DNA from: Octopus vulgaris
Taxonomy: Eukaryota
Assembly (NCBI GenBank): GCA_951406725.2
Contig: OX597820.1
Location: 33,604,001 to 33,668,000 of the forward strand
Direction of reading: 5' to 3'
DNA length: 64,000 nt
The notes under the pieces are model-generated. The model saw nothing but the letters and a program-made list of their open reading frames with translations, was not told the origin of the DNA and searched no databases. Shown here in pieces: positions 13,165-26,029 of this stretch; position 1 is the first letter of the stretch; every line of letters begins with the position of its first letter. The translations under genes were made by a program, and so were the position numbers.

Positions 13165-13747
13165 TGTAGTGATCCTATACAACAGCGCGCGCGCGCAACG
13201 CCCTCTCGCGAATACACGAAGTCCGGAAGAGGGAATTTTGCTGACGTGGCCTTAGCTTATAGAGGCAAGGGAGCGCGAGCCTTAACAAAGAGGCAAGGGA
13301 GCGCGAGCCTTAACAAAGAGGCAAGGGAGCGTAAAGCGTTGACCATTAGCGTCCGGCAGACAGCGGCAGGCTTTTCATAGAAGCAGACGTTTAATTCGCT
13401 CTCTCTCCGGTTGATAGCAGCAGTCTTTTGGCCGAAGACTTTTAACCTGAATTGTTGCAGTCAACATCATCTTCTTCCTCCGGACGCCATTTTTGACCCG
13501 TTCTGTTTTTAGCGGCTGAACCTTGTAAATATTACAATCGATTAACTTTCAGCTTTGCGCGCCCAGAACCAAGGACATCAGATATACCACTGATTTCTCA
13601 CCGGTATAAAACAATAAAGTATATCTAATTTTACGTCTGCGTTTTGTGTTTCTTTGACTGGTAGAGTCTGGATATAAAAGCAACGGAAAGTGATTGCACC
13701 AACTTGCACCCCAAAAGTGCAAGAGGAGATATTCACATTTCCTTACA
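13165..13747 (+). repeat. 5' LTR (583 bp, TG...CA)
   Basis: tgtagtgatcc...ttccttaca. Carries an extra 28-bp tandem unit relative to the 3' LTR. TATAAAA and AATAAA at about 13605-13618. Confidence 0.95.
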
Positions 13748-13748
13748 G

Positions 13749-13760
13749 TGGTGACCCCGA
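13749..13760 (+). promoter_or_regulatory. Primer-binding site complementary to the tRNA-Trp 3' end
   Basis: TGGTGACCCCGA 1 nt after the LTR. Matches the first 12 nt of the known Trp PBS (TGGTGACCCCGACGTGAT), typical of CsRn1-clade elements. Confidence 0.85.
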
Positions 13761-13769
13761 AGTTCCAGA

Positions 13770-13838
13770 GAACACTCCAAGTATGGAGAGAATGCACATA
13801 GATGCACACAGCCATGCACTTATAAGTCTTTAAACTAG
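13770..13838 (+). pseudogene. gag: C-terminal gag remnant (EHSKYGENAHRCTQPCTYKSLN*)
   Basis: H-X9-C-X3-C matches the last three ligands of the CsRn1-type CHCC knuckle. No start codon or upstream gag. Confidence 0.8.
13829..13835 (+). promoter_or_regulatory. -1 ribosomal frameshift slippery heptamer T TTA AAC
   Basis: X XXY YYZ in gag frame directly before the gag TAG (13836-13838). The -1 frame is open into pol (FKLDSENLSTS...). Confidence 0.8.
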
Positions 13839-16800
13839 ATTCGGAGAATTTGAGCACGTCAACTTCCTCCACAACATTTTCTGGTTATCGTGCATTCTTT
13901 GTTAAAGATCTAGTGTCGAAGAAAAACTTCATGGTGGACACTGGTTCTTGTTGCAGTATTTGGCCTCTGCGTTGCACAACCGACAGGCCAAAGCGATCTA
14001 ACATCATCTTGCACGCTATTGACTCGTCACCAATAGCCACATTCGGTCAGATCTTGTTGCGCCTTGATATTGGTCTTCGACGAGACTTTCAATGGGTTTT
14101 TGTCATTGCCGACATTCCGCATCCTATTTTAGGTGCGGATTTTCTGGATAAATTTGATTTGTTGGTAGATGTCAGACGTCGGAGGTTGGTCGATAGTTCG
14201 ACTACACTCTCCACGCCGACCGGAGAATCTACCAATTTAGCTCTTAGCCCGACATTTTTTGTCGGTACATCTGGAGATGTTTTTCACTCTCTTTTAGCTT
14301 CTTTTCCAGAGCTATATGATGTTACCTTTAGGGTGGCTAAGCCATTGCATTCGACACGACACTTTATAACAACAACTGGACCTCCTGTTTTTTCACGTCC
14401 AAGGCGTCTTGCACCTGATCGACTTAAAACTGCTAGGGCTGAGTTTGAGCATATGCTCCAGCTCGGTCTGATACGCCCCTCCACCAGTCCATGGGCATCT
14501 CCCCTTCATTTAGTAAGAAAAGGGGATACAGATTTTCGCCCGGTGGGAGATTATCGGCGTCTAAATTCGGTGACGATTCCGGACAAATATCCCATAAGGA
14601 TTTTAAACGATTTTTCGGCAAATTTACATGGCTGTACTATTTTTTCTAAGGTTGACCTGATACGTGCCTACCATCAAATACCGGTCAACTCAGACGATAT
14701 TCCTAAAACAGCAATTACTACTCCTTTTGGCTGTTTCGAATTTTTATTTATGAGTTTTGGTTTGAGGAATGCCACTAGTACTTTCCAACGGTTTATAGAT
14801 GAAGTTGTTCGCGGACTTGATTTTGTGTTCGCGTATGTCGATGACATTCTAATCGCAAGTGATACGCATGAAAATCATCTCCTGCACTTGTCTCAGCTTT
14901 TTCAGCGTCTTCGCGACTATGGTGTTCGCATTAATCCAGACAAGTGTGTTTTTGGGCAACCATCTCTTAATTTTCTCGGTCATTATATTGACTCGAGAGG
15001 AATCAAACCACTCTCATCCAAAGTTGATGCTATTCAGCGCATCGCACCACCTTCTTCTTTGCGTCAACTTCGCCATTTTTTAGGCATAGTAAATTTCTAT
15101 AGACGTTTCATAGATCGGTGTGCGGACAAGTTGTTACCTTTAACACAAATGCTAAAGGCAATTCCAAGAAGGACGCCCGTCTTACTCTTTCGGCTGAAGC
15201 ACTGTCTGCCTTTGAGTTGGTTAAAAAGGAACTAGCTTCAGTCCCTATTTTGGCACATCCGGCTCCTAATGCTCCACTTACTTTATCTGTGGACGCATCA
15301 GAGTCTGCAATTGGCGCTGTTTTGCAGCACACCGTAGAGGGTGAAGTTAAACCTTTAGCTTTCTTTTCTTGTCAGCTAAAGCCAGCTGAACGCAGATATA
15401 GTACCTTTGATCGAGAGTTACTAGCGATCTATCTGTCAGTTCGGCATTTTCAACACCAGCTCGAGGGACGAGAGTTTGTGATTTATACTGATCACAAGCC
15501 CCTTACTTTTGCACTATCTTCTAAAACGGATAAACTCTCTCCTCGTGCTTTCCGTCACCTGGACTATATTTCCCAATTTACAAGTGACATTAGGCATGTG
15601 CCAGGCAGTGAGAACGTCCCTGCAGATGCTCTCTCTAGACTCCCTGTCAATTCCATTTCCTCTCCTGCAGCAATTGATTTAACTGCTATTTCGCAGGATC
15701 AACCACCTTTAGAGGAGTTGGATTTAACTTCGCCTAAGTTTATTAACTGTAAGTTTAACTACCTTCCGCTCCCTACTGCGGAAGGCTCTATTCTTTGTGA
15801 CGTTTCTACCGGTTCACCTAGACCATTAGTACCTGAGAAACATCAACGTTCTGTGTTTGATGCTCTTCATTCACTGTCACATCCAGGTATCTCTGCCACA
15901 GTAAAGCTTGTTACTGCTCGGTTCTTCTGGCCCAATATGCGACGATCAATTACCTCTTGGGCACGCTCTTGTTTGAGGTGCCAGAGTGCTAAAGTCCATA
16001 GACACGTTCGTGCTCCACTTGGACAATTTTCCTCTCCTGAAGCCCGTTTTCGCCATATCCACCTTGATTTGGTTGGACCATGGCCTGTGAGTCGCGGGTT
16101 CTCATACATTTTAACTTGTATTGATCGTTTTTCACGCTGGCCTGAAGCTATTCCTATAGCAGACATGTCAGCTGAAACTGTTGCGAGGGCTTTCGTATCT
16201 AATTGGATTTCGAGGTATGGTGTACCGTACAGTTTAACCACAGATCGTGGTCGACAATTCGAGTCTGCATTGTTTCGTGAGTTATCACGAATCCTGGGGA
16301 TGCATCATATACGCACCACAAGTTGCCACCCCGCTTCTAATGGGATGGTGGAGCGTTTCCATAGGCAACTTAAGGCCGCTTTGCGTGCCTCGCCGAATCC
16401 ACAGTCATGGACTGAATTTCTACCGATCGTCCTGCTTGGATGTCGGACTGCGATTAAAGCAGACCTTGGTTTTTCGTCTGCCGAGCTCTTGTATGGTACC
16501 ACACTGGCATTGCCTGGTACGATGTTGGTGCCAGACAAGTCACAGTCTCTTAATTTAGAGTCTTATGTTGCTCGATTACGCAGATATTTTTCTGCCCTTC
16601 CTCCTATGGACCCTCGACACCAAAATCCTCTTTCTAGTGTGCCATCAGACCTTAATTCTTGGACGCATGTTTTTATTCGTGATGATTCTGTCAAATGACC
16701 TCTTGTTTCTCCTTATAAAGGACCTTTTCGTGTGATTTCTCGCACGCTGAAGGTATTCAAACTTGAAATTAACGGTCGTTCGGAGACCGTCTCCGTAGAT

Positions 16801-17040
16801 CGTCTTAAAAGGGCATATTTTGAGGTGTCCACATCTTTTAATGACCCCACTGCCACAACCATCGTTGAACCTTCACATGCACCTTTGACAACACCACTAT
16901 TTACACATGCACCATTATCAACACCAACATCGACAACACCACCTTCGTCGTCGCAGCCTGCCTCGAACAGACCTTATGTTACGAGGTCAGGCAGAACTGT
17001 TCACTGGCCGAAAAAACTTTCCAAAACTATTTATATTTGA
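13829..17040 (+). pseudogene. pol: pol polyprotein (protease, RT, RNase H, integrase) with one frameshift (about 15150) and one in-frame stop (16696-16698)
   Basis: VDTGS protease; YVDD RT; VDAS/ELLAI/TDHKPL/ADALSR RNase H; HSLSH..CLRC plus D-D-E integrase; GPF motif after the TGA in the same frame. Confidence 0.93.
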
Positions 17041-17237
17041 CATTTTCAATTGACTTCCCAGTGACAGTTCAATACTCATTGAACTTTGCTCATTTTGAGT
17101 ATTTTTCTCTTTTTACCTTTAAAGTGAATTTTTTTTTTGCTGTTTAATGTATTATATTGTGTGCTATTTTTGGTTATCTGGTGTCCACCTTGAGTTTTAT
17201 GGTCACTACAAGGAATTGTTGTTCGTGCTTAGGCACT

Positions 17238-17246
17238 GGAGGGGAG
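17238..17246 (+). promoter_or_regulatory. Polypurine tract
   Basis: ggaggggag just upstream of the 3' LTR. Confidence 0.8.
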
Positions 17247-17249
17247 CTT

Positions 17250-17933
<684 letters not shown>

Positions 17934-17970
17934 TGTATATCAAAAGAAGTGTATTTCCACGCAGAAAAAA

Positions 17971-20806
17971 ATATAGGCAAATTTGTTGTTGAAAATGCAC
18001 CTTAATTGAAAAACTTGTAATTGTGTTTAAATAAATTTATTTACATATATGCCAAACTAGTTTCAACAATTGTTTATTGTTTATCAATGGTAAAAACTTA
18101 AAATTATGAATTAGAAAAACATGTTTAAATGTTTCAATCTTTACAAGTTTGAATATGAAATATGCTTTCAATGTTCGTAACAATCAATGATATAAAAAAT
18201 TTAGATCATCTTGTTTAAATCCACAAAATTCAATAATGTTATTTGTGATCGATAAAAAACGAGGATCATCAAAGTTTTGGTCAAACTGATTTAAGAGAGA
18301 GAAAAACAAGGGAGATGTGAAGATAGTTAAGAAAAAAGGGTTTTGTTTAAAGTTTCTGTGATTCTGTTTCCGTTCCAGTTGGCTGATTCTCTCAAAGCGT
18401 CATTTTGTTGTATTTGCTGAAATTCGGTTTTGATCGGAGGTAAAATTTCATTGGTCTAGAGTTAGGTGACATCAGCAACTGGTGTTTGTAAAATTTCATT
18501 GGTATAGAGTTAGTTGACGTCAGCAACTGGTGTTTTGTATGGTGTTATTGTATGGTGATTTGGAGTTGCGGTTTCGAAACCAGTGTGGAAGACTGTTATT
18601 AAAGTTTTTGAATTATGTCTGTTGTATCTGGTTGTTGTATTTTTGTGTGTGTGTGGTAAAACTGGATCTTTTTTCCTTTTTCATTTTAGTGTTTTTACTT
18701 CTTTCTAAAGGATATTCAGCTGCGGCTTATATTTTTAATGAACATGTTTTCCTTATTTAAATGGATTTGGGTTGAAGTGTTTCCGGTGCATCGATAGAGA
18801 AGGAAGATTTGGTATTTCGGGTTTATGTTTGCGGAGCATTGGTCTAGGTGTTTGCTTACGGGAATTTTCCTGGTCTTGGGGTCTCGGGTTTGTTGCTTGT
18901 GTACCGTTAGTCTGACTCTCAAGGTCGATCAAACTAGTTTGACTTATGTAGTCTCCACTACACCCTCCACATTTGAGAACATAGATTAAGTTCTTAGAAT
19001 CACAGGTGAAGTGATTTTTTATGGTAAAAGTTTGACCTGACTTAAATTTGTATAAGAGGAAGATGCAAGTCCTGCAGTTAGAGCGGTTGCACTTTTTTCG
19101 GGGTTGTACTTTGGTGGGTAATTTGGCGCTGGTGAGTAACTTTTTTAAGGATTGCGGTTGTCTCTTGCTTTTAATAATCTATGTGCTTCTAGTGCCTTTT
19201 CCATTCGCAGGTCATTCATACATAAGATAAAAATTTAAGTGTGTCGTGGTATTTTCTTGTTTTCCGTAACTCTTGGATGTCTATCATTTTTGCACGTTCT
19301 ATTCTGATTTTGATTAGACTAGCCGGGTATTTTCTATCTAGTAATGTGTTTTTAAGTTCTTGTAGTCGCTTTTCTCAGGTTTCGGGATTTGATGCAGTCG
19401 TGAAAAGTCTTCTTGCTAAGTTGAACGGTATATTTATTTTAGTATATTTTAGGTGGCTGGAGGAGAATAGAAGATATTGTTTTAAGTCCGTTGGTTTGAA
19501 GAAGATGTCGGTTTCAATTTCAGTATCTCCTTTTATGATTAAGATGTCCAGGAAGAGTCGTTGTTTGTGGCAGTATTCCATTGTGAACTGGATACAGTGG
19601 TTAATGCTGTTGATTAAGTTTTTAAATTTTGAGATGTGCGCAAGGTTATGTGGCCACAGAATGAAACAGTCACGTAAGTAGCGTTTCTAGTTGGTGAGTA
19701 AGTATTTTTGGAAGTTGTCTCCAAATTTCAGTCTAGCGTGCCCGTATATTTGGACTTCCAAGTATGTTATGACAAGGTTGGCAAAAGTAGGGGCTACCCT
19801 CGTTCCCATGGCTGTACCCAATTTTTGTCTATAAGTGTTCTCACTGAATTCTTTTTCGATTCGGTCAGAAATGTCTTTTGTGAATTTTTCGAGCCAGTAT
19901 TGTATGGCCATTATTCCGTTTTCGTGAGGAATCGAGGCGTAGAGATTTATTACATCGAATGAATGCTGATTTTGTTCGGGAGATTGTTTTTAAAAGTGCA
20001 AAACATCCCTTATAAAGCTCGGTATATGTTGGAGAATAAGTTTAAGGAGGACGTCAATAAAGTTACTGAGTCAGTGTGTCTCACACGAGGGACCGGCCAC
20101 AATCGGTCACATTTTGAGATCTCTTGGGTGTGGAATATTTATCACTACAGAAGTTGAATTGTTACAGGCTTTGTTTATGGCTTTATTTTGTGGATTTTGG
20201 GAAGTCCATAAAAGTTACTGGTTTTGTAGTCAAATCTAGTCAAGTAATCTCTCTCCCTTTCCGTTAAATCTTGTTGGAACTGGTGGATAAGGGTAGAAAG
20301 TATTGTCATTATCTTGGATTGACTGTTGTTGATTTTTTCGTTCTAGGCATTGTCTTGAAGGAGGATTATGGTAGTGTTTATGTATTTTCTGAGTCCATGA
20401 TTACTACAGCACTCCCTTTATCAGCTTCTTTTATTATCATATTATGATCCTCCTTAAGATCATTAATAATTTCCCATTCTTCTCGACTTGTATTTGTTAT
20501 AAACTTTCGAAGTGAGAGTAAATTATAGGGATAACTAGATATCGAATCACAAAAGTTATCCAGAGTTTGATTTCTTCGTTTTGTCGGACAGTAGTTACTT
20601 TTTTATGAAGTATTGAGTGATCATTAGTTTCTTTATCCAATAGTTCTTCAGTGACTCGAAGTTTTCTGCAGAATTTCTGGATATCATTTTGTATATCATT
20701 TAAGTTCGATCTTTGTGGTCTTGTGATGAATTTCAGTCCTTTTGCGAGAATTTTGACCCGATCTTCAAATTTAGATGCATTTTCAACAACAAATTTGCCC
20801 ATATAT
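17971..20806 (-). mobile_element. Decayed Penelope-like element (RT plus GIY-YIG) bracketed by about 40-bp inverted repeats
   Basis: QKLGTAMGTRVAPTFANL, FLDILI, TDIFFKPTDLKQYL.FSSSH and CDSKNLIYVLKC..C..DYISQT on the minus strand. Inverted repeat at 17971-18010 and 20764-20806. Confidence 0.85.
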
Positions 20807-20843
20807 ATATACATATACATATATATATATATATATATATATG

Positions 20844-21623
20844 GTTTTAACGTTCTAGCTCACTTCCACTGTTTACAGCAATGCTTGGAAAGAAAGTGTG
20901 TAGTGAATGATCGTCGCGATGACCATGACAGAGAGAGTTGAGCAGAGAATCGGCATCAAATTTTGCCAAAAGCTTGGCGACACCTGCTCAGAGGCCTACG
21001 CAAAGTTTTCAAAAAATTTTCCTCCTTTTCGATACAATCAAGGAGACCTTGTGCAACAGAAACCCGAGTGTCTTTTTCATCAGCTGAAAACAGTTTTGAC
21101 GCAAACTTAACAGACACGCGTCTCATTCCCAAATCTTCGTTGATAATGGACTGAACTGAACTGTAACTAATCTACCCATTCTCTGATAACTCAAAGATAG
21201 TAATTCGACGATTTCCCCTCACAGCTGCACGCATATCTGCGATGTTTTTCTCAGTTCTGCTGGTTGCGGATCTCCAGAACGTTTGGCAATATCGACATTT
21301 TTCGGCCATCTTGGAAACGTCTGAACCACTCTACGGTGTATGCAGCTCATACACTCCTCTCCGTATACTTTCTGCAACTCTGCATAGGCCTCTGAGCAGG
21401 TATCGCCATGATAACTTACTCTGTCATGGTCAATGCGACGATCGCATACTACACACCTTCCTTCCAAGCACTGCTGTAGACAGTGGAAGTGAGCTAGAAC
21501 GTTAAAATTTAGGGCACAAGCACAGCAAAGTTCAATGTTAATCTTTGTCAAGCGGCTTTGCTCCGCATGCTTTAGCTTCGTTACTATAGCAACAGTCCGG
21601 ATACTTATTGACCAGACCTCGTA
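20844..21623. mobile_element. Rearranged mariner element (5' portion present in both orientations)
   Basis: EQRIGIKFCQKLGDTCSEAY mariner HTH. 20844-21005 is an inverted copy of about 21375-21510. Terminus TA-cgaggtctggtcaataagtatccggactg on the minus strand at 21623. Confidence 0.8.
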
Positions 21624-23809
21624 TATAAGCAAATTAATAATAACAGACGATGTCGGCTCATTACAGCTGCTTCTTATGTATTTTTTAGCAGAAGAATGTG
21701 TACATTACGTCATCATCTGTAATCATCCGAATCTGCAATTTGTTTTTGTGTATAAATTACCAAATAATTTGCAGGCGGAAAGGTGATTTAAAGGAGAATT
21801 AACTACTGTTTCTAGCACATTGAATTACCTTGTACCTTCCTCGTATTTACTAATAGAAAAGTATGCCATTAAAATAAATCATTTTTTACATATTATTTTT
21901 AAATTACTCTGTCACTCTAATGAAATTACCAATGAAAAACGAAAGAGATAGAGAAATAGAGGGAGAAAGATCATATCTGTCGCTGTAAGACATTTAGAAA
22001 TATTCAAATTAACTGAAAATTTTCAAATTTGGTGTATTGATGTACCTTTTCACGCTGAACCTAGGTTTCTGATTCATTTATTCCCCCAAAAAAATTAGAA
22101 AAATGTTATAGGGGCTTAAAGTTTAACTATTTTCTCCCAATCAGAAAACAGGATTTGTGTGTAATAGTTGTCATAAAATGGAAGTAAACATTAGAAAAGG
22201 TTTTAGACGAAATGAAAGCTATACGTATACAAAGAAAGTGGGAACAATACGTGAGAAAATTAGTTCGAGTGCACATGCAGTTACTTTGTTAATGGCTCAG
22301 AAATTGTTTTTTGCAGAGCTGCTGTGATATCTAATATAAACGGTTATGAATGTGAATCTTGTTGACCATACTGGATTATATGAGCTAATGAACATGTGTT
22401 TATACAAGAACATTTAAAGTTTATAGGGCAATTGTCAGAAAGAGAAATCTTCTGGTGCAAAACAGTTAAGGTTAAGAGGTACCTTAATTTGTACAACATT
22501 AAAATGACCGGTGAAGTTGCCAGTGTTAATACTAAGGCCTTTAGTACAATCCTGAGAAGCTGAAAAAAATATTGCTTAATATGTTTACACATCAGAACAG
22601 TTGTTGAAATTCAGCTTTTCAGAAAATTCATAACTGCTAGAAATTTTATTTTGAGTTTTGAAATTCGGTACCAAGATTTAAGGCTTCCAGCAATCACTTT
22701 AGGTGTAAGGTTGGAAAGCAGCTGGCAAAATGGAATTGAAGTCTCTATTTGTGTATCACTCCAAAAACATAAACTTCCAAGAGCTATGTTAAATTTAATT
22801 TATCCGTGATTTGGCGTTCAAATGAGAAAGCTTGGATAGCCATGAGCCTTTTTGCAAGACTGATTTCGAAACTTCACTGCACTACTGTAGGAGGGGAAAG
22901 TGCTAGGTGCAGTATGTCCAACAGAGTAATGCTTTTTTAAGGCTATATATTAAGTCATCTAGTCAGCTTAAATGATCTTTCTGAGAGTGAAATATATCAC
23001 CAAGGACACAACTTGATTGCTTCAACGAATGGAGTAAAATGTGGAGGATAAAGACATTCTGGATAACACAGCCGAGTCATAGAGTGAAAAGCAAACTTCA
23101 GCTCTACATAGTGCTTGGAAAAAGATATGACCAGACTATATCCAGTGTACTACATCATCTAGTTAACTTAAATTATCAATTTTCTAGCGTGAGAGTGAAA
23201 TATATCACTATGAACACATCATTGCTTCAGCGAATGGATATAGAAGCGTTGGATAAACATAGTCTGAGATTTCTGGATAAAGTTTAACGTTATGGACGTG
23301 TCATGGGAGGGAAAACAAACTTCAACACTGCACGGTGCTTGGAAAAAGATATGGCCAGTCTGTATCCATATATTCCGGTAAGTCTACAAGATACTATAAC
23401 AATGACACATAAAATGTGTAAAAGACGTTGGTGATGATGCAATCGAATTTCCTGTGATCCACAGAGAAAGTTTGTTTGATGGGAACGTAATGATTTTATA
23501 AGAAAGCTGTAAATGGGTCTTATGGAAACTCCTCCAATTCCAGTTTACGACAAAGAATATGGCTACAGGTTTGGTACATATAAAGGGAAGCATGCAACTA
23601 TTTACTGCTAACGATCCTAATCGTAAATGGAAATTACTATCTGAGGTTATAGAAAACAATTTATACATACATTTTAAAAGACTCCGGAAGGCCAGAATGA
23701 GATACAAAACTAAAGATACACCAAATAAAGCCTTGCAGTTCAAAGAAAACCCCGCAGAAACCTTATGACTGTATGGCCTAACTACAAGGCTCAATTGTCT
23801 CTGCTGTTA

Positions 23810-24186
23810 TTCTTTTATCGGCTTGTCATTTGACTGCGACCATGTTGGAGCAGCGCCTTTAGTCGAGCAAATCGGCCCCTGGACGTATTCTTTGTAAACC
23901 TAGTACTTATTCTATCAGTCTCTTTTGCCGAACTGCTAAGTTACGGGGACGTAAACACACCAACATCGGTTGTCAGGCGGTGGTGAGGAGACAAACAAAC
24001 ACACAAACATATATACATATACGACGGGCTTCTTTCAGTTACCGTCTACCAAATTTACTCATAAGGCTTTGTTAGGCCCGAGACTATAGCTGAAGACACT
24101 TGCCCAAGGTGCCACGCAGTAGGTCTGAACCCTGAACCATGTGGTTTGGAAGCAAGCTTCTTACCACACAGCCACGACTACACCTA
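23810..24186 (-). mobile_element. SINE family 1
   Basis: Reverse-complement match to the other copies. Confidence 0.8.
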
Positions 24187-24845
24187 TAAATATTTCAATA
24201 GGAAATATATTTACAACGCCAGCTAACAGTTTCTCTAGGCTTCAGCTTACGTTATCTCTAAATCCAACGTCATTTTCTGTTACGAAAATCTAATGGTTGT
24301 GTTTTACGATTTACATCACCTAAAGACACTATAATGTTTCTGAGGACAATCTAAATATCTGTGATCAAAATATTTTCAATTCTGATAAACTGCATATTTC
24401 ACATTTCCCTCCGATGTTGGACCCCAAAAATGTTTATATTTTTCATTTGAACTTTACCCCAAATCCTAAATCTTTGTATCAGTGGTCTCTCTCTTTTCTT
24501 TGTTCCATACAATGATTGCCACAAATACCTAGGTATTGATAAAAAATATACCATACAAACGTGCTGTGAAGAAAGATAGAATAACTAAAGAATATTATAT
24601 CAAGCTAAAAAAAAGATATATATACAGCGCATGACCTTACAGGTGGTGCTCAGTTTGAATTTTTTTCTTCTTGTCGATTAGCCCATTTGACTCAAAAGGA
24701 AAATATTGCAGCAGGCCGCAGAATGTTTACTCAGAAGGTATACAAGCGATGACATGATATGGTTTATTGCAAATTACACTAATTGCTCTGTAAAAAAAAA
24801 AGATGGATACGAGTACAATCGTGTATTATACCCAATTGATCTTGG

Positions 24846-24922
<77 letters not shown>

Positions 24923-24955
24923 GGATAGATGGATAGATAGATGGATAGATAGATT

Positions 24956-25057
<102 letters not shown>

Positions 25058-25150
25058 CAGGAGTAAATGTAAGGACAAGCAAGTTAGACATGTCGAAATA
25101 CAAAAATATCAAATACATTTAATACAAAAATGTACATATGTGTATATATA

Positions 25151-26029
25151 TTACATGGAAAAATGCGAGCAATAGAAATAATATTCTTAAGATTATAGAC
25201 CTGGAAAAGTACAGAAGTTATTACACTTGGAAAAGTTCAAGACAAGTTATTACACCTGGTAAAGTACAGAATAAGTCATTTTTTACTTAAAATATTGCAG
25301 CTAAGGATAAAATTTCAAATAAAATATTTAGATCTAGAAAATATTAGATTTTATTAAAACTAAAAAATTTATCACAAGTTATTACTTCCATTTGTTATTA
25401 CCTATTACTTCTATTAAAAATTTAGAATAACTCAAAATATTTTGTGCACTTAAAAAATCATTTTTTAATTATTGATTAATAATTAGAAATTTGAAAATAG
25501 GTTATAAAAAAAATAATAATAGTACATAATTAGTACAATGAATAGAATAATACGAAAATTAGTGATATATTACAGTAAGATCTACCTATAACAAAAAATT
25601 CACAGTAAAATTTGCTTGAGTTATTGCCTAAGTTATTGCCAAGTCTTTACATTGGTAGTCTTGACCCAATGCCTATTTTTTACAAAAGGAATTTGCCTAC
25701 TTATATATACAATTCTACTTTGCATAAAACTTTAGCTTTATTGGTACTTCCGACTCTCATTTTTTAAGTATTCTAATGTGTCGATATTTTGCCAAAATGA
25801 TGGTACCTTTTTTAATTATAACGTTACATTGTAAATTAAAATTAAATGATTTTTAATACTCAAATTTTATCCTTAGCTGCAATATTTTAAATAAAAATTA
25901 TCTTGTTCTGTACTTTACCAGATGTAATAACTTGTCCTGAACTTTTCCAAGTGTAGTAACTTATCCTGTACTTTTCCAGGTTCATAATTTTAAGAATATT
26001 ATTTCTCATGCTCGAATTTTTCCATGTAA
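25151..26029. repeat. About 165-bp inverted repeat (25151-25315 / 25862-26029) with internal about 30-bp tandem subrepeats
   Basis: ttacatggaaaaa...gcagctaaggataaaattt and its reverse complement. Confidence 0.8.

Noticed and set aside
16696-16698. TGA inside the integrase C-terminus as possible programmed readthrough
   Set aside because: The element also has a frameshift at about 15150 and lacks gag, so a nonsense mutation is the simpler explanation.
21900-22980. Possible DNA-transposase remnant on the minus strand
   Set aside because: No diagnostic motif or terminus could be read with confidence.
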